Shown here one piece after another: positions 62,366 through 64,000 of a DNA stretch of 64,000 nucleotides. This DNA comes from Hydrolagus colliei (taxonomy: Eukaryota). Positions within the stretch are counted from its first letter, which is position 1. Every line of letters begins with the position of its first letter. Location of the stretch: positions 3,534,001 to 3,598,000 of the forward strand of contig CM068757.1 in NCBI GenBank assembly GCA_035084275.1. The letters are read 5' to 3'. The position numbers and the translations under genes were made by a program. The notes beneath the pieces were generated by a model. That model was not told the origin of the DNA. It did not search any database and was given only the letters and a program-made list of their open reading frames with translations.

Positions 62366-64000
62366 CATAGATAGTTTTGGTGCATATTCCTGTGAGTCAG
62401 TGTGACGTACTTCCAACTTTCCTATTAAGAATTCGCTTAAAATCTCAGTCTCATATACGCCTAGCTCCCTTTTCATTAGGTTGTTCCGAGTGAGTTGACA
62501 ACAGTGAAATGGAAATGAACACTGCCAAACTTATTGCTCATATTTTCTTATCTGACACATGTGGAATGAACACCAAGATGATCAAATATAAAACTCCATG
62601 TTGTGCCACATGAACATGCAAGACATGTGCAATATTGCATGTCGACGAGACTTTTCGTTTCCTGTCTGGCTTATTAACTACAACCAGCAATAACAGCCAG
62701 TGCCATATTGAAATTAATCCAATATTGGTGTCATCTGAGCACAGCTATTCAACCTTTGATCTATGTCACCAAGTACAAGGAGTAGGTAAAGCTACCTGTA
62801 AATACAAAATATTTTTCAAGTGCTTCTAAGCATTTTGATTAAAATAGATTCATAAATGAAGCTGCAATAGCTGAAAATAAGAATTGGTTTTCCGGGCTGA
62901 GAAACAGCATTTAATTTTACATGTAAAATAATTCGAATGAATAAGCAGTCAGACACCACTATCGCCAACCACCTTGTCATTTATTATGACCTAATTTGAT
63001 TTGTGGGCATTAATTCCTTAAGGAAATCAGGAATTATGGCTCAGTGATCTTTGAACCGCAGCATCGAATCAAAGGTAAACCTCGAAATGCGATAACTGAC
63101 AATAGTATCCTTGGTGTAAGCAGACATCAATCTTATTTGGTCTCATTACAGCGAAAATTGCAGATTGCCAAAAAAACAGCAGCATTTTTTGCTGCCACCA
63201 GGAACAGGGCAGCACAAAAGCCATAGTCCTCGAACAAGCGTCTCTTTAAATCTGTGTGGTTCGTATTTACCAGCACCTTTGTGCTGCAGTCTTTGTGGAA
63301 TTCTACCAAAGGCACAACTTTCACAGAATTAAATGGGGTTTCAAGTGTCTGTAGAGGAGACAATCGGTCTAAATCATTGGATTTGCCAAAGGATTAGGAC
63401 ATAGTGAAAGCTGCACATAGCCAGATGTGTCTCATTGAGACTCCATTCGGACGCCACTCTCATCTTTAAACTCCTGGATTTCCACCTCGGTCCTCCCGAC
63501 AGAATATTGGCATCAGAGCAAAGCTCCTGATCCACTAATTACATCTCCCTTTGTGGGGCTAGAAATATAAACCCCAAAGGAATGTTGTTTTTTTCAATAT
63601 CAGAGAAGAGCAATCTGACAGCGAATACCAAGAGGCTAGCAACCCAAGAGAATTGAGTGGTTGGAGAATGAGAGGAGACTGAGCAGCTGGCTGCTGGTAT
63701 GAAGATCGTCTAATTGACCCTTCCCCCACTCCAAAAAAAAAATGATGAGAAGAACGGAAATAAAGGTTTCAAACTTCAACTCTGTAACTGGTTTGAAAAA
63801 TGAAATAGTCCAAAAATATATTTTCAGTGGGAATCGATGAAGAGGAATTACGGGGGAATAGGCAAGAGGGTGCCTTGTTGCTAGATGTTAACAACTAACA
63901 ACAATAACAACAACTTGTTCCATGCCAGGTAGCATGTCAGAGCACTTAACTGTGGCAGAGCTACAAGCCAGCTGAGGGTGGGGGAGGAGGGGAGATGTGG

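Noticed and set aside
63133-63363. 76-aa minus-strand ORF with an acceptor-like site
   Set aside because: No recognisable homology or supported link to other exons

Overview
Eukaryotic, AT-rich vertebrate DNA, almost entirely non-coding (gene desert or very large intron). The repeat repertoire (tRNA-derived SINEs with a Deu-type body and L2-type 3' stem-loop, short L2 3' ends with (TTG)n tails, CR1 fragments, a shark-type Penelope terminal fragment, LF-SINE-like heads) points by inference to a cartilaginous fish, possibly a chimaera. No recognisable intact protein-coding gene is present; the listed ORFs are repeat-derived or chance. Best-supported non-trivial content: a fossil two-gene PIF/Harbinger transposon (Myb/SANT gene + at ~54.9-55.2 kb, DDE transposase - at ~56.85-57.3 kb), a decayed hammerhead ribozyme in the Penelope fragment, covarying SINE/L2 3' hairpins, L2 tails nested in SINEs, three short direct 'doublet' duplications ~1 kb apart, two long palindromes and an interstitial telomeric tract. 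Speculative, hand-assembled exon chains of unknown genes occur on both strands. I could not support a genuinely new biological system from the sequence alone. Repeat boundaries are approximate and family names come from recalled consensus motifs, not database searches.
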